Assembly: GCA_977017575.1 (NCBI GenBank)
Contig: CDRNVI010000224.1
Coordinates: 1 to 22,380, forward strand
Source of the DNA: Paramoeba atlantica
Taxonomy: Eukaryota > Protista > Discosea
Length of the DNA: 22,380 bases
Reading direction: 5' to 3'
Part shown: positions 22,047 to 22,380 of the stretch, in pieces
Layout: every line of letters begins with the position of its first letter
How positions within the stretch are numbered: position 1 is the stretch's first letter
The notes under the pieces: model-generated
What the model saw: the letters and a program-made list of their open reading frames with translations, nothing else
Told to the model about the DNA's origin: nothing
Database searches by the model: none
Made by a program: the position numbers and the translations under genes

Positions 22047-22380
22047 TTTTTTTTTAACTGATTGAATTTATCCCTGTGTTGATTTTATTGAAGAAATAAT
22101 TGATTCCATCTTCTTATTTTTCTTGTAACAATATCATTTTGAATTTGTTATTCTTGAATTGATGCCTCAGGATGATTTTTCTTGTTCTTTTGTTTTTAGT
22201 TGATGATGGAAATTTTCCTGATTTCCTTTTTTGCTTTGAAATTATCAAATTTATACCTTCCTCTTACCTTTTGTGATTTTGATTCTGGACTTTATTTTCA
22301 CTTGGATTCCTCTCTTGGATACTCCTACTTGAATTTTGAAACCCATTTTGGTGTTGGAAGGGTATTCTATGAAAAAATTG
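22047..22380 (-). mobile_element. Minus-strand copy of the 13642-13964 segment ending in AATAAA plus an A9 tract; runs off the right edge
   Basis: Reverse complement of 13642-13964; TTTATT at 22084-22089 lies 28 nt from the T9 at 22047-22055. Confidence 0.75.

Noticed and set aside
1-22380. Naming the host taxon (for example a large-genome rust fungus)
   Set aside because: AT richness, CpG loss and RNase H-bearing LINEs fit several lineages, and no marker gene is present.

Overview
AT-rich eukaryotic repeat DNA; I recognise no intact host gene. 1-10314 is a satellite array of 27 x ~382-bp dimers (187-bp monomer A plus 195-bp monomer B); the last 25 dimers look essentially identical. 10315-22380 is nested transposon debris whose order can be partly reconstructed from target-site duplications (TSDs). 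It holds a decayed plus-strand LINE ORF2 (APE endonuclease, RT, CCHC, RNase H; ~17597-22046). That ORF2 was hit by a tRNA-headed SINE (17683-18125) and then, at the same ~15-bp target in the opposite orientation, by a young 5'-truncated RNase H-bearing LINE (18138-19029; poly(A) tail, 18-bp TSD). Four SINE copies fall into two families that share a ~63-bp central core. Also present are an 857-bp element with 35-bp CAC...GTG terminal inverted repeats and a third decayed A-rich repeat family in three partial copies sharing one breakpoint. By eye the window has no CpG except 9 inside the young LINE, and older copies differ almost only by transitions. The host cannot be identified from this window. 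All identities and counts were made by eye and need computational confirmation.
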